DNA of 17,514 nucleotides from Candidatus Eiseniibacteriota bacterium (GCA_043810925.1 JBDRNT010000101.1:1-17514); one strand, 5' to 3'; shown: positions 7,054-16,321, numbered from the stretch's first letter. Program-made: numbers and translations. The notes: generated by a model not told the origin, from the sequence alone.

Positions 7054-9213
7054 ATGAAAACCATGCTCGTCACAATCGTTCTGGTCGCGGTCATCATGTC
7101 TTCCGCGCTGTCCGCAGTAGCCATGCCCCTATGGCCGAAGGCTTTGGAGAAGGCGCAGCGGGAGGGCGCGCTCCTTTCCGATGAGCTCTTCGCTCCGCCC
7201 CCGCCGCAGGTGGACAGGCCGGGCCCGATCCCACCACCCGGGCATTCGGGAGCGTACAAAGTCCTCCTCATCTGCATCGAATTCAGCGATTCGGGCAATA
7301 CCTACACCACCACCTCCTTTGACAACATGGCTTTCGGCCCGTGGGCCACCGGCTCGATCGACGACTATTACACCGAGATATCCTACAACCTTCTCACGCT
7401 CTCGGGCAATGTCTACGGCTGGTACATGGCCAGCCAGAGCCGTGATTATTACGGAAACGGCCAGAAGGGCTGGGGCACCTACCCGCAGAACACCGCCAAG
7501 CTCGTTGAAGAGGCCGTGGATTTCGCCCAGGCGGGCGGCTGCGACTTCTCGCTTTACGACAATGACGGTGACGGCGAAGTGGAGTCCATGTTCATCGTAC
7601 ACTCGCATGAGGGTTGTGAAACCAGTCTCAACACCAATGACATTCAGAGCCACAAGAGCAGGATCACTCTCATGGGCGGCACGTCCAGATACTATGACGG
7701 TGTGACAATCGATACATATGTGTGCGTGCCGGAGCTGCAGTCGAAGTCCCCGCTCAAGCATGTGGAGATCGGCGTCTACTGCCACGAGTACGGCCACGCT
7801 ATCGGCCTTCCGGACCTCTACGATGCGGGGCGCTGGTGCACGGGCACCACGGGCTGGGGCATCGGAGCCTGGGGTCTCATGGCCTTCGGCGGTTGGGGAG
7901 GCGACGTAGTGTCCCCGGACAGTCCGACCCACATGTGCGCATGGTCCAAGATGAAGATGGGCTGGATAACCAGCCCTGCCAACATTACCTCGAGCCCCGG
8001 CTACATCGGGACGCTCTGGCGCCTGGAGGATTACCCCCATGTCTTCAGAATCGGAGCCGATATGCAGAGCACAGAGTACTTCCTGGTAGAGCTGCGGGAC
8101 TCGGCTTACGGCTTCGACAGGAGTCTGGTGAAGCGCGGCGTTCTCATCTATCACGTGGACGACGACCAGTACATGGAGAACGACTGTGAGAACGGCATTG
8201 GCTGTACGTCCAATTACAACTCGATGGTGGCGCTGGAGCAGCCGGACAACTCCTATCACCTGGACTGCGGAACGACCGGCAACTACGCCGACAGGAGCGA
8301 CATGTATCCGTACGGGTCGGCCGAGTTCAGCCCCACGAGCAGCCCTTCGTCCTATACCAATGAGGGCTTGAGCTCGGGGGTCACGGTCAGAAGCTTCACG
8401 GTGTCTTCCACGGGCTACTTCGCTGACTTCTTCGCGGAGGGTTCCCCGCGCCACCCGCAATGCGTGTACGACGACGGCTACTACGACATCCTGTACCAGT
8501 GGGGAAGCAACAACTGCGGCTTCGCCGTGAAATGCACGCCTGCTAGATATCCCGCCGAGGTTCGCGGGTTGCGCATCATGAGTGGCAGCTCATACTATCC
8601 AAATTTCCAGTGGAGGATCTGGGACGATACAGGTGCAGGCGGCACACCGGGCAACCCGCTCACGCCGGTTCACACCACAACCGGGACGAGTGCCTATGAA
8701 TGGACGTATTGCGACGCCCTCGGCGACACGGTCGTGGTTGATTCGGGAAGTTTCTGGGCGACATATATCGAATACAATAACTCCCAGATATGCTCGGACA
8801 ACAGTTCCACGTGGTCGGGAAGAACCATGTATTACTATCTCGGGAACTTCAGTCCGGATAACGGCGCGAGCGGCAACTACATGATCCGTGCAGTGTATGA
8901 CACGCTCTTCTGCGCCAGCATACCCAACATGCCGGCACCCGCGCTTGCAGCCTGGGTGAGTCCCAACCCGTTCAAGAACGAGGCAAGGCTCTCATTTGCT
9001 CTGGACCGGTCCGGGAGAGTAGCCATCGTGATTTACGACGTCATGGGGCGGCGCGTGAAGGATATAGCCGACGGACCGTTCGAGGCCGGCCTGCACTCCC
9101 TGGTCTGGGACGGCACCGACTCCCGTGGCACTGTCGTGAACCCGGGCATATACTTTTACAGATTCACTGGGCCAGACCGGGCCTATACGGGCAAGGTGAC
9201 TCTGCTGAGATAG
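7054..9213 (+). CDS. Secreted M6-family (immune inhibitor A-like) zinc metalloprotease with C-terminal FlgD-Ig/T9SS-type domain
   Basis: Signal peptide MKTMLVTIVLVAVIMSSALSAVA; DYY.EISY, YDNDGDGEV, HEYGHAIGLPDLYD zinc site, W.LM..G.W, HMCAWSK...GW, EYFLVE.R, GVLIYHVD; tail SPNPF...IYDVMGRRV...WDGTDSRG..V.PGIYFYR. ATG 7054 after AGGGG is preferred over GTG 6907. Confidence 0.93.
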   Translation: MKTMLVTIVLVAVIMSSALSAVAMPLWPKALEKAQREGALLSDELFAPPPPQVDRPGPIPPPGHSGAYKVLLICIEFSDSGNTYTTTSFDNMAFGPWATGSIDDYYTEISYNLLTLSGNVYGWYMASQSRDYYGNGQKGWGTYPQNTAKLVEEAVDFAQAGGCDFSLYDNDGDGEVESMFIVHSHEGCETSLNTNDIQSHKSRITLMGGTSRYYDGVTIDTYVCVPELQSKSPLKHVEIGVYCHEYGHAIGLPDLYDAGRWCTGTTGWGIGAWGLMAFGGWGGDVVSPDSPTHMCAWSKMKMGWITSPANITSSPGYIGTLWRLEDYPHVFRIGADMQSTEYFLVELRDSAYGFDRSLVKRGVLIYHVDDDQYMENDCENGIGCTSNYNSMVALEQPDNSYHLDCGTTGNYADRSDMYPYGSAEFSPTSSPSSYTNEGLSSGVTVRSFTVSSTGYFADFFAEGSPRHPQCVYDDGYYDILYQWGSNNCGFAVKCTPARYPAEVRGLRIMSGSSYYPNFQWRIWDDTGAGGTPGNPLTPVHTTTGTSAYEWTYCDALGDTVVVDSGSFWATYIEYNNSQICSDNSSTWSGRTMYYYLGNFSPDNGASGNYMIRAVYDTLFCASIPNMPAPALAAWVSPNPFKNEARLSFALDRSGRVAIVIYDVMGRRVKDIADGPFEAGLHSLVWDGTDSRGTVVNPGIYFYRFTGPDRAYTGKVTLLR

Positions 9214-9328
9214 TCTGCCTGGAGTTCACTGCCTGACTCCCCCGGCAGTACTTGAACCGGCAGTATAGGCAAAGCGCATCCGCGCCGGCTGGTACCCGCG
9301 CACCTTTCACACCGGCATTCTCGAGTTA

Positions 9329-11908
9329 CTACTTCGTGATCACGATCCTCTGGGATTTCTGCTCCCCGCCGGCCTGGAGCGTAACGAAGTAGACTCCGCT
9401 GGGCAAATCGCCAACAGACCACCAGGTCGTGCGGATGACCCCATCACCCCTCGCCAGATCGCCTACATGGCTGACAAGTTCGCCTTGCACGTTAAAGACG
9501 TCGAGGCTGACCGGCCCGGGATGCCTCGATGCGAAGCGCAGCAGGGTCCGGTCCCGAAGAGGATTCGGATAGGGCGGGTCCAGCATGAGGTCGATCGAGG
9601 AGCCGCTCACCACATCCACATCCGCCCCGCTCAGCGTTGGGATGTCTATTTCCCACGCGCCGCGCCCATGAGTGCCGGCAACGAGCTTCCGGGCATTCCT
9701 GCGAATCTCCAGATCCAGGACTATGGCATTCGGCAAGCCCACTTCATGGGGTATCCAGGTCACACCGCCGTTGGTGCTCGACCACACCCCCACGTCGGTG
9801 CCGATATACCACACGATCGGATCGAGAGGATCAACGATCATCGTATTGACAGGCTGCGCGGGAAGGTTTCCCGTCACATCCACCCAGCTGACGCCCATGT
9901 CCGTAGTCATGGCTATGTGCGCGACCCCCCTATCGTACCCCGAGAAGGTCACAAAGGCTGTGTTCACATCGGTCGGATGAGCATGGATCTTGGTTTCGGC
10001 ACCCACGAAAAACCCATATGGAGCCGCGTTCTGCCAGGTTTCCGCATCGTCCGTCGTATACATCACACCCGATGAGTTTACCGTCCATACCACCTCGCCG
10101 TCCACCGCGCTGATGGAGATCCAGATCGCCGTTTGTGGGCCGACCGCTTCCCAGGTGCTGCCGCCGTCTGTGGTCCGGAAGATCCCGGCACTCGTTGAAG
10201 TGAAAAGACGTGCGGGCTGGTTCTGATCTTCATCTACCGGGGCGACAAATGAACCGCTGCCGGTGAGTCCGTTCATGATGGAGAACCAGCTGTCTCCGCC
10301 GTTGGTACTCTTTACATGATTCCCGTACTGCCATTCGCCATAGATCCGGTTCGCATTGTCCGGGTCGACGTTGCACACCATCCCGTCGGCATAAAGTGTC
10401 GATACTGCCCACGTCTCAGGATCTACCCGGCCGGGAATTCCGTTATCCTGGGTCCCTCCCATCATGAAGGTGGGATCCGACTGGGCAACGCAGATGTCGT
10501 AGAACTGATAGGTGACCAGCCCTTCGCGCCGGGACGACCAGGTCGCACCATCATCGGTGGACTTCCACACACCGCCGTCGCTGCAAACCCACACGTTGCT
10601 GGAGGACCCGGGTTCATAGGCAATCGCGTGGTGATCCACGTGCACAGCCGTTTCGTTTCCGAGACCGAACCCCCCGCCTGTCTCGGAGAAGTGAACTCCG
10701 CCGTCGGTTGAGCGATACAAACTCACGCCGCCTGCGATCACGGTGTTGATATCGTTCGGGTCCACCGCCAGGGTGAGGTTGTACCATCCCTGGGAGTTAA
10801 CCATGTTGAGGGTAGTATTCTGCGGGATCCAGGTTTCGCCGTTGTCATCGCTTCGGTAGACACCCAGAGACTGGGCCGTTACGGAGCTGGTGTAGTTCGC
10901 ATAGATCACATTCGGATCGGCGGGGGAGACGGCGATTTTCGTCTTCCCGACCTGGTCGCCCGGGGGCTGACCGGTTCCCGCCTTGTTCCACGTAAGGCCG
11001 TCGTCGGTGGAGACCTTGACATTGTTATTCCCCAGACCGAATCCCTTCGCCGCGTAAACGCGATTCGGATCGCCCGGTTTCCACTTAACGTCGTACCACC
11101 GGCCGACCGACTGTATCTGGGTCCACGTATCTCCCTCGTCCGTCGATCGAAACAGGCCGTCGCGTGCCCCGGCCAGGATTGTGCCGGTGTAAGGATTTGC
11201 CTCGATCACATTGGTCCCTACCATATCACTCAGCGGGTAAGATAAGCCGGTGGTGCTCCACGTCTCCCCTCCATCGATCGACTTAAGAATCCCCACGCCG
11301 AAGAGACCGGGGTAGGCACCGGTTCCCTCACCCGTGCCGATGAGGACGATATCCGGATCCCAGGGGAGGACACAGATGGCACCTATGGCGAGGGTGGGTA
11401 GCTCGTCGGTAGTGGTCCTCCATGTGTCGGCGCCATCATCCGATTTCCAAAGCCCACCGCTCGCCGCTCCCACGTAGACGATGTCCGGATTCGTAGGGTG
11501 AAAATCGATCGAGATGATGCGGCCGGACATATTGACCGGCCCGATGGCGAACCAGCTTGCCAGGGGCGCCTTGTCGAGCGCTGCTTCGCGGTCCGTACGG
11601 GCCTGCCACACCTCCCAGCGGGCACCCAATTCCGGGAGCCTGCCGTCCGTCATTCTCGGTTCGAGGAGCCACTTGACCCGGTTGTACGGTTTCCAACCGC
11701 TTCCCCTCTGGTCTTTGAGCTCCGGGTGTTCTTCGTAAAAGACGGCCATCTCACTTAGCCAAACGAGTCCCGGATCATCGGCCACGCGATCCTCGGCTGC
11801 GAGCGCACTCAAGTGGTGCAGGCCGATGACTCCGATGGCAAGACTCAGAAGGGCAAGATGGAAAACCGTTGGGATTGCTCTCTGCGGACCAGTGATCCTG
11901 GTCATCAT
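9329..11908 (-). CDS. Secreted BNR/Asp-box beta-propeller protein (VPS10/GH74-like fold) with C-terminal T9SS-type domain
   Basis: Signal peptide; W..IGP.N.SGRI, YVGAASGGLWKS.D...TW, many SxDGGxTW Asp-boxes, QGWYNL, VHVDHHAI, GGTQDNG, AGTHGRGAW; tail PYPNPL...VFNVQGELV...LPSGVYFV.L. GAGGAGG RBS. Confidence 0.9.
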   Translation of the reverse strand: MMTRITGPQRAIPTVFHLALLSLAIGVIGLHHLSALAAEDRVADDPGLVWLSEMAVFYEEHPELKDQRGSGWKPYNRVKWLLEPRMTDGRLPELGARWEVWQARTDREAALDKAPLASWFAIGPVNMSGRIISIDFHPTNPDIVYVGAASGGLWKSDDGADTWRTTTDELPTLAIGAICVLPWDPDIVLIGTGEGTGAYPGLFGVGILKSIDGGETWSTTGLSYPLSDMVGTNVIEANPYTGTILAGARDGLFRSTDEGDTWTQIQSVGRWYDVKWKPGDPNRVYAAKGFGLGNNNVKVSTDDGLTWNKAGTGQPPGDQVGKTKIAVSPADPNVIYANYTSSVTAQSLGVYRSDDNGETWIPQNTTLNMVNSQGWYNLTLAVDPNDINTVIAGGVSLYRSTDGGVHFSETGGGFGLGNETAVHVDHHAIAYEPGSSSNVWVCSDGGVWKSTDDGATWSSRREGLVTYQFYDICVAQSDPTFMMGGTQDNGIPGRVDPETWAVSTLYADGMVCNVDPDNANRIYGEWQYGNHVKSTNGGDSWFSIMNGLTGSGSFVAPVDEDQNQPARLFTSTSAGIFRTTDGGSTWEAVGPQTAIWISISAVDGEVVWTVNSSGVMYTTDDAETWQNAAPYGFFVGAETKIHAHPTDVNTAFVTFSGYDRGVAHIAMTTDMGVSWVDVTGNLPAQPVNTMIVDPLDPIVWYIGTDVGVWSSTNGGVTWIPHEVGLPNAIVLDLEIRRNARKLVAGTHGRGAWEIDIPTLSGADVDVVSGSSIDLMLDPPYPNPLRDRTLLRFASRHPGPVSLDVFNVQGELVSHVGDLARGDGVIRTTWWSVGDLPSGVYFVTLQAGGEQKSQRIVITK

Positions 11909-11958
11909 GACAACCTCCTCAGTGGCCGGTGATGAACAGTGATGCGCTCTTAAACCTA

Positions 11959-11987
11959 ATTATACCACGGCGCCCGCCTTATGGAAA
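11959..11987 (-). promoter_or_regulatory. Putative promoter for the beta-propeller gene
   Basis: Minus strand TTTCCA-17 bp-TATAAT with TG extension (TGgTATAAT). Confidence 0.55.
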
Positions 11988-12183
11988 CCGTCGCCTTCCC
12001 TAAGCAGTGTAACGTGTTGTGCGCGGAACTTGCCGGAGGTGGTAGCATGGGGGTCTTCCAAGACCCAACCCGGGACTATCGACCTGGCTCTTTAGGCAAG
12101 TACTTGAAGGCACGATCTTAAAGGATAGGACCGTGGTGGTCTTAAAGGAGGATCCCGGGGCCATGCGGTGTGCCGGGGAGCTG

Positions 12184-14055
12184 CTATTCGAGCAAGATGA
12201 CCGTTCTCTTATCCACCTGACCACCCGCTTCAAGCCGTAAGAAGTAAACGCCGGATGGAACTTTCATTCCTGTTCTATCGCGTCCATCCCAGGAGAATCT
12301 GTACTCACCCACCCCTTTCAGGTCATTCACAAGAACCTTTACCAGCCGTCCTGATACATCATATACCCGAAGATTCACCTCTCCCGGAGAAGAGATGGAA
12401 TACGCTATAGTCGTCATGGTGTTAAACGGGTTCGGGTAGTTCTGAGACAGAGTGTTTGGTAACAGTGGCTCCGGTTTAACCCCCGCGTATGGAGATACTG
12501 CACACACGATGGTGTTGTGATTAGCCCGCAGTATGCCGCTTGTGTCTCTTTCATACAGGCGGCTCGAAAGGGCGTACGGATTACTGCCCACCTGATTGCC
12601 TGTGTCGTATGCCTCTACCCAGAAATAGGTGCAGGTCGATGTCAGCCCGACCTGCGTTTCCGTCACGGAATCCGTGAATACGGCGATCCGTTCCCATGGG
12701 CCCAATCCACTGACTACGCTCCTATAGACGAAAAAGACGTCCGCTGTGACCCCGCCGGGGATGGTGGTGTAAGGCGCCCAGTGGATCCGCAGGGTATCAC
12801 CGATGATGTCGAGGCCAAGGTCCGGGTTCAGATCGGGGGCCTGCGGCGGGATTTCCGGCACGGGTATCACCATACCAGCATCGAAAAAGGCCCGGGCATC
12901 CTGGACATGATCCACCAGGGTGCCGAGGGCATAGGTTGCATGTGAATCCTCGTCATAGCCTTCACCGAGCACGTAGGCCATCCAGAAATGAGCGGTATCA
13001 CCGGCCGATACATCGTACGGACCGACACCGTTAAGGATCCGGTAATCGAACTCCGTAAGCGGCGGGAACGGATTCTCCCAGATACCTGCAAGCCGGTCGT
13101 ATTGGTTTTGGACGGACGATACGTCATTGTTCCAGTCCCAGTAGTTCTTCGTCACCCACAGCTGGGTCGGATCGGGATCCGCGGTGATCGGACCGCCCGC
13201 AGGGGGTGCCGCCAGCAGGTACTGGCCTACTGCATCCGGAGATAGAAAGACACTATCCTCCGTCGACGGCGCCGGCGGCTGACCGGCAAGAGGATCACAA
13301 TCCCAGTCTCTCATGTAACAGAACTTGAGACTGTCATCCCAGCCTGCGTAATCATCGAAATAGAAGTTGGGTACATTGACATCACCGACATCACAGTCAC
13401 TCATCCACCCCCAGTAGAAATCCTCTATGGGTTTTGAGAATTCGATTCTGACATGGACGAAGACCCAGTTGTCGTAGCTTCGAACGCCCCACTGGTGCCA
13501 TTCATAGGTCACATCCAAGCCCATGTCGCCGTCAAGCGCATCCACCGGGTCGGCATCCGGGGGCGCGAGGGGCTTTGCGGCGGTGTTCACATGTACGGTC
13601 ATACGCCGGTAGGGATACAGGTAGCCCAGATCCGTCTCGGTCTTGACAACTGCCTGCTCGTCCAACGTGTCGTAGTCTTCGGGATCGGAATGGTGTCCGT
13701 CCGAACCGTGATAGCGCCAGGCGTTGTTGCCGATTCCACCGCCATCATCGACGTAGCCGCCGGCCCACATACCGGACGACCAAACGGTGGTCTGGGTGCC
13801 CCCGCCGGGGTAATACGCAGAAAGGTCAGAGTAGCCCACATATCCCTTGTTCGATATGGCCGGAAACCAGAGAGCACCGATGTGGAGATCGTTGAAGAAC
13901 GCATCTTCCACGGCGGCGGCAGACCCGAGATTGGGACGTTCATCCATGAACACCGTCGGGTTCTTCTCGTTTGCCGGATTGATTCGCGCATCCGCCATTC
14001 CCCAAAGAACAGCGATAAGACATATCCCGATGAACAGACATGCAAACATTTTCAT
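12184..14055 (-). CDS. Secreted acidic protein of unknown function with C-terminal FlgD-Ig/T9SS-type domain
   Basis: AGGAGG RBS before ATG 14055; signal peptide MKMFACLFIGICLIAVLWGMADA; DCDVG...DDYAGWD...YMRDWD core; GPYDVSAGDT; FN3-like segment; tail LSQNYPNPFN.TTI.Y...VYDVSGRLVKVL...WDGRD..G..VPSGVYFLRL. Confidence 0.88.
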   Translation of the reverse strand: MKMFACLFIGICLIAVLWGMADARINPANEKNPTVFMDERPNLGSAAAVEDAFFNDLHIGALWFPAISNKGYVGYSDLSAYYPGGGTQTTVWSSGMWAGGYVDDGGGIGNNAWRYHGSDGHHSDPEDYDTLDEQAVVKTETDLGYLYPYRRMTVHVNTAAKPLAPPDADPVDALDGDMGLDVTYEWHQWGVRSYDNWVFVHVRIEFSKPIEDFYWGWMSDCDVGDVNVPNFYFDDYAGWDDSLKFCYMRDWDCDPLAGQPPAPSTEDSVFLSPDAVGQYLLAAPPAGGPITADPDPTQLWVTKNYWDWNNDVSSVQNQYDRLAGIWENPFPPLTEFDYRILNGVGPYDVSAGDTAHFWMAYVLGEGYDEDSHATYALGTLVDHVQDARAFFDAGMVIPVPEIPPQAPDLNPDLGLDIIGDTLRIHWAPYTTIPGGVTADVFFVYRSVVSGLGPWERIAVFTDSVTETQVGLTSTCTYFWVEAYDTGNQVGSNPYALSSRLYERDTSGILRANHNTIVCAVSPYAGVKPEPLLPNTLSQNYPNPFNTMTTIAYSISSPGEVNLRVYDVSGRLVKVLVNDLKGVGEYRFSWDGRDRTGMKVPSGVYFLRLEAGGQVDKRTVILLE

Positions 14056-14238
14056 GACCGCTGACCTCCTTGCCGTAGAGGGTTCACCTTCACTGCGCCA
14101 CGCCATCTTCTCGGCGTCCCGAACCTCTTCAGGGTCCGGTCTTAAATTCTCTGTGCTTGCTCTTAGGGTGTACGTCGTCGAATGAGTGTGGACTTTCCTG
14201 AGCTGTTTCTAACGAGCATTGTTCCACCTCGCGCATAG

Positions 14239-14267
14239 ATTATACAACAAGACCCCACCTGATGCAG
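14239..14267 (-). promoter_or_regulatory. Putative promoter for the 14055 gene
   Basis: Minus strand consensus TATAAT (14244-14239) with weak -35 CTGCAT 17 bp upstream. Confidence 0.4.
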
Positions 14268-14377
14268 CAACTTTCTTGTGCGATCCGGTAACAGACATTT
14301 CTTCGTATTGTCTTCTGCCTCGGGGGCACGAGCCTTGAGAGTCGGATCCTGTCTGCCGGCTGTAAGGCTTGCCATTC

Positions 14378-14509
14378 GGAGACCTCTGTCACCTCAGCTT
14401 CACTCAGCCCACGATTGTAGATGCGCACCTCGTCAAGGGCACCGTCATAATGGTCGAAGGAGTGATCACCGTCCCGTGCCAGTCCGTGTCCGAACTCGTT
14501 CTGGAATCC
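14378..14509 (-). pseudogene. LamG/concanavalin A-like domain C-terminal fragment
   Basis: GFQNEFGHGLARDGDHSFDHYDGALDEVRIYNRGLSEAEVTEVS matches the F.G.LDEVRIYNRALS.EV LamG signature. The rest of the domain is absent. Confidence 0.75.
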
Positions 14510-14547
14510 GGAAGACATCATACCATGCGTGTCGGACCTCCTGCTGA

Positions 14548-14691
14548 CGGGATTCACATTGGCTCCCCGGGCAAATGTCTGAAAGCGTGGTTTTGTGGGA
14601 TGCCGGAGCCGTCTTGATAGAAAGGATTGCGAGGGGACGCACAAGGCTATCACTTCCAGGCGCCAGAACCGCCGTACTGTACACGGCTTAG
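14548..14691 (+). repeat. Copy 2 of dispersed recombinase-tail/att-like repeat
   Basis: From TGG 14560 reads WLPGQMSESVVLWDAGAVLIERIARGRTRLSLPGARTAVLYTA* (TAG 14689-14691). The upstream GGGATTCAC is shared with copy 3. Confidence 0.8.
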
Positions 14692-14759
14692 AATTCTCTC
14701 CCGAACTGGTCCAGAAGTGTGAGCATGTCCAGATGCTTGAAAAACTGTATGGCTGATAC

Positions 14760-14901
14760 GTCGGGGGGGTAGGGGGAGACAACGATGAAATCCGGGGCGG
14801 CCAGCCCGATATGTCTGGAGATAGGGTATGACAGCCGAATTGCCCTTGCCGTTCTCACCGGCATTGAAGAGCAACGTACCGCCCGTGGGAGAAACGATTC
14901 C
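14760..14901 (-). pseudogene. Degenerate ComEC/Rec2-like MBL-fold hydrolase fragment
   Basis: GIVSPTGGTLLFNAGENGKGNSAVIPYLQT, a frameshift, then IGLAAPDFIVVSPYPPD. This parallels ..LIDAG......V.PYL..LGI..LDY.V.SHYHxDH, with the His codons decayed to CCC. Confidence 0.6.
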
Positions 14902-14906
14902 TCACC

Positions 14907-16211
14907 CTACTTCACAAGGCACATCTTACGTGTCTCAGTTCCCACCGGGGTCCCGAGTTGCACCACATAGATCCCAGGAGAGACCGGGTTCCCTGCGTTA
15001 TCCTTTGAGTCCCAGAGCACATGGGAGTAGCCTTTGGGGCTCTGGCCGTCAGCCAGCAAGCGTACCTGCTGGCCGAGCACGTCATAGACCACTATCCGCA
15101 CATTCTGCTTGGATGCCAGGGTGTAGCCGATTGCTGTTGTCCCTCTGAACGGGTTCGGGTGATTCTGAAGACGGACAACTCTGCTGGACTCGCTGGAGAG
15201 ATGATCAAAGATGCGAATTGCGGCGTCGGTGGCAGGCCCGTAATCCTGTGCCTGGCCGCAATAGAGCAGTGCCAGGAGTACCTCGATGTAGCTTACCTCC
15301 TTGATCCCGTCAAGGAAGTCCTCCTGCCCATAACCGGTCCGTGTGTTTCCGGTCACGTCTATTTCCCCGCTCGGCTTGACGCGTGTAACTTCCCACGCTG
15401 CCCCCAGCTGGATCGCGGCATCCGACGCAGGATACGGAAAGTGGATTGCATACTGCTGGAACTGCAAGAGCGATACGCCTTGATAGCTCGAATCGTGACC
15501 GCCCAGCTCGAGGAAAACTCCGTCTGCACGCTGGGTCCCAACACCCTGTGCGGCGAATTGCCGGCCGAGTTCCATGAGCTCCTGGTTCTCAAGCAGGATA
15601 CCGGAAAACCCGAAGGCACAGGCATGGAAGAAGAGACGGTTGGGTGCCTCGGAATCACCGTACGCAAGCACATCCGCACCGTCTGCAACCCACAGAGCTG
15701 AAAGCTCGATCCTGGGTAGCAGCGCATTAATCCTGCTTTCAAACGCAGGGCCGAGCTCGCTGGCCTGGAGAATCACGAGTGCATGGCACAACTTCGCAAG
15801 CCAGAAGGAGACATCGTTCAGGCTGTCGACCCGGGCAATGTCCGGCCCCATGGGGTGTCCGATGTAGAAACTCCCGTCTGGTTCTTGCCGCTGGAACGCT
15901 GCATCGATCGCACTCCATGCATGGTTGGCTCCCGCCTCATGACCCTTTACGGCAGAGAGTATAAGGTAGAGCATACCCCCGCGCTGAAGACTGACGGACC
16001 ACCAGCCACCGCGGTTGTATCCGATCATGCCGTCCTGGTCGGGATGGTTGCCGTCGTCAAGCTGGTTCATTATGTACCGAGGCATGTCTCTTATCAGCTG
16101 GATCTCTGTTCGGGCCGGGGGCTGCGTTCCGAAGGCCGTCGCGTGAGACAGCAGCAGAGTAACGGTGAGTATGCCGAGCCCGAGGCGGATCGCTCTCGGC
16201 GAGCACGTCAT
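14907..16211 (-). CDS. Secreted protein with an uncharacterised helical catalytic-like domain and C-terminal FlgD-Ig/T9SS-type domain
   Basis: GGAGG RBS; signal peptide ending ATA; QEPDGSF and QRADGVFLELGGHDSSYQ motifs (alpha/alpha-toroid-like); tail QNHPNPF...VYDVLGQQVRLL...WDSKDNAGNPVSPGIYVVQL. Confidence 0.85.
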   Translation of the reverse strand: MTCSPRAIRLGLGILTVTLLLSHATAFGTQPPARTEIQLIRDMPRYIMNQLDDGNHPDQDGMIGYNRGGWWSVSLQRGGMLYLILSAVKGHEAGANHAWSAIDAAFQRQEPDGSFYIGHPMGPDIARVDSLNDVSFWLAKLCHALVILQASELGPAFESRINALLPRIELSALWVADGADVLAYGDSEAPNRLFFHACAFGFSGILLENQELMELGRQFAAQGVGTQRADGVFLELGGHDSSYQGVSLLQFQQYAIHFPYPASDAAIQLGAAWEVTRVKPSGEIDVTGNTRTGYGQEDFLDGIKEVSYIEVLLALLYCGQAQDYGPATDAAIRIFDHLSSESSRVVRLQNHPNPFRGTTAIGYTLASKQNVRIVVYDVLGQQVRLLADGQSPKGYSHVLWDSKDNAGNPVSPGIYVVQLGTPVGTETRKMCLVK

Positions 16212-16321
16212 AGCCCTACCTCCAACGCTGTCACTCTGCGATCACCTTCCATGTGCGGGCAAAGCAATCGGGTCTGAAGAATCACTACATAAGAGAAGTT
16301 GCGCATGGTCTGACTAATATA

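Noticed and set aside
7129-8460. 443-aa minus-strand ORF
   Set aside because: Antisense shadow of the M6 protease, expected with strong GC3 codon bias; no motifs.
9214-9328. Intrinsic terminator between the convergent genes
   Set aside because: CTGCC/GGCAG stems are possible, but there is no U-tract on either strand, so no terminator was called.
14688-14762. Minus-strand DVSAIQFFKHLDMLTLLDQFGREF* as a tyrosine recombinase C-terminus (DISTTQIYTHVD-like)
   Set aside because: Too short, and it lacks the catalytic Tyr and the preceding LGH; cannot be distinguished from chance.
14240-14782. 180-aa minus-strand ORF as a real gene
   Set aside because: Chimera of debris; only the LamG segment is recognisable.
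646-16277. The many other overlapping short ORFs in the track
   Set aside because: Alternate-frame or antisense to well-supported genes, with no RBS or motif support.
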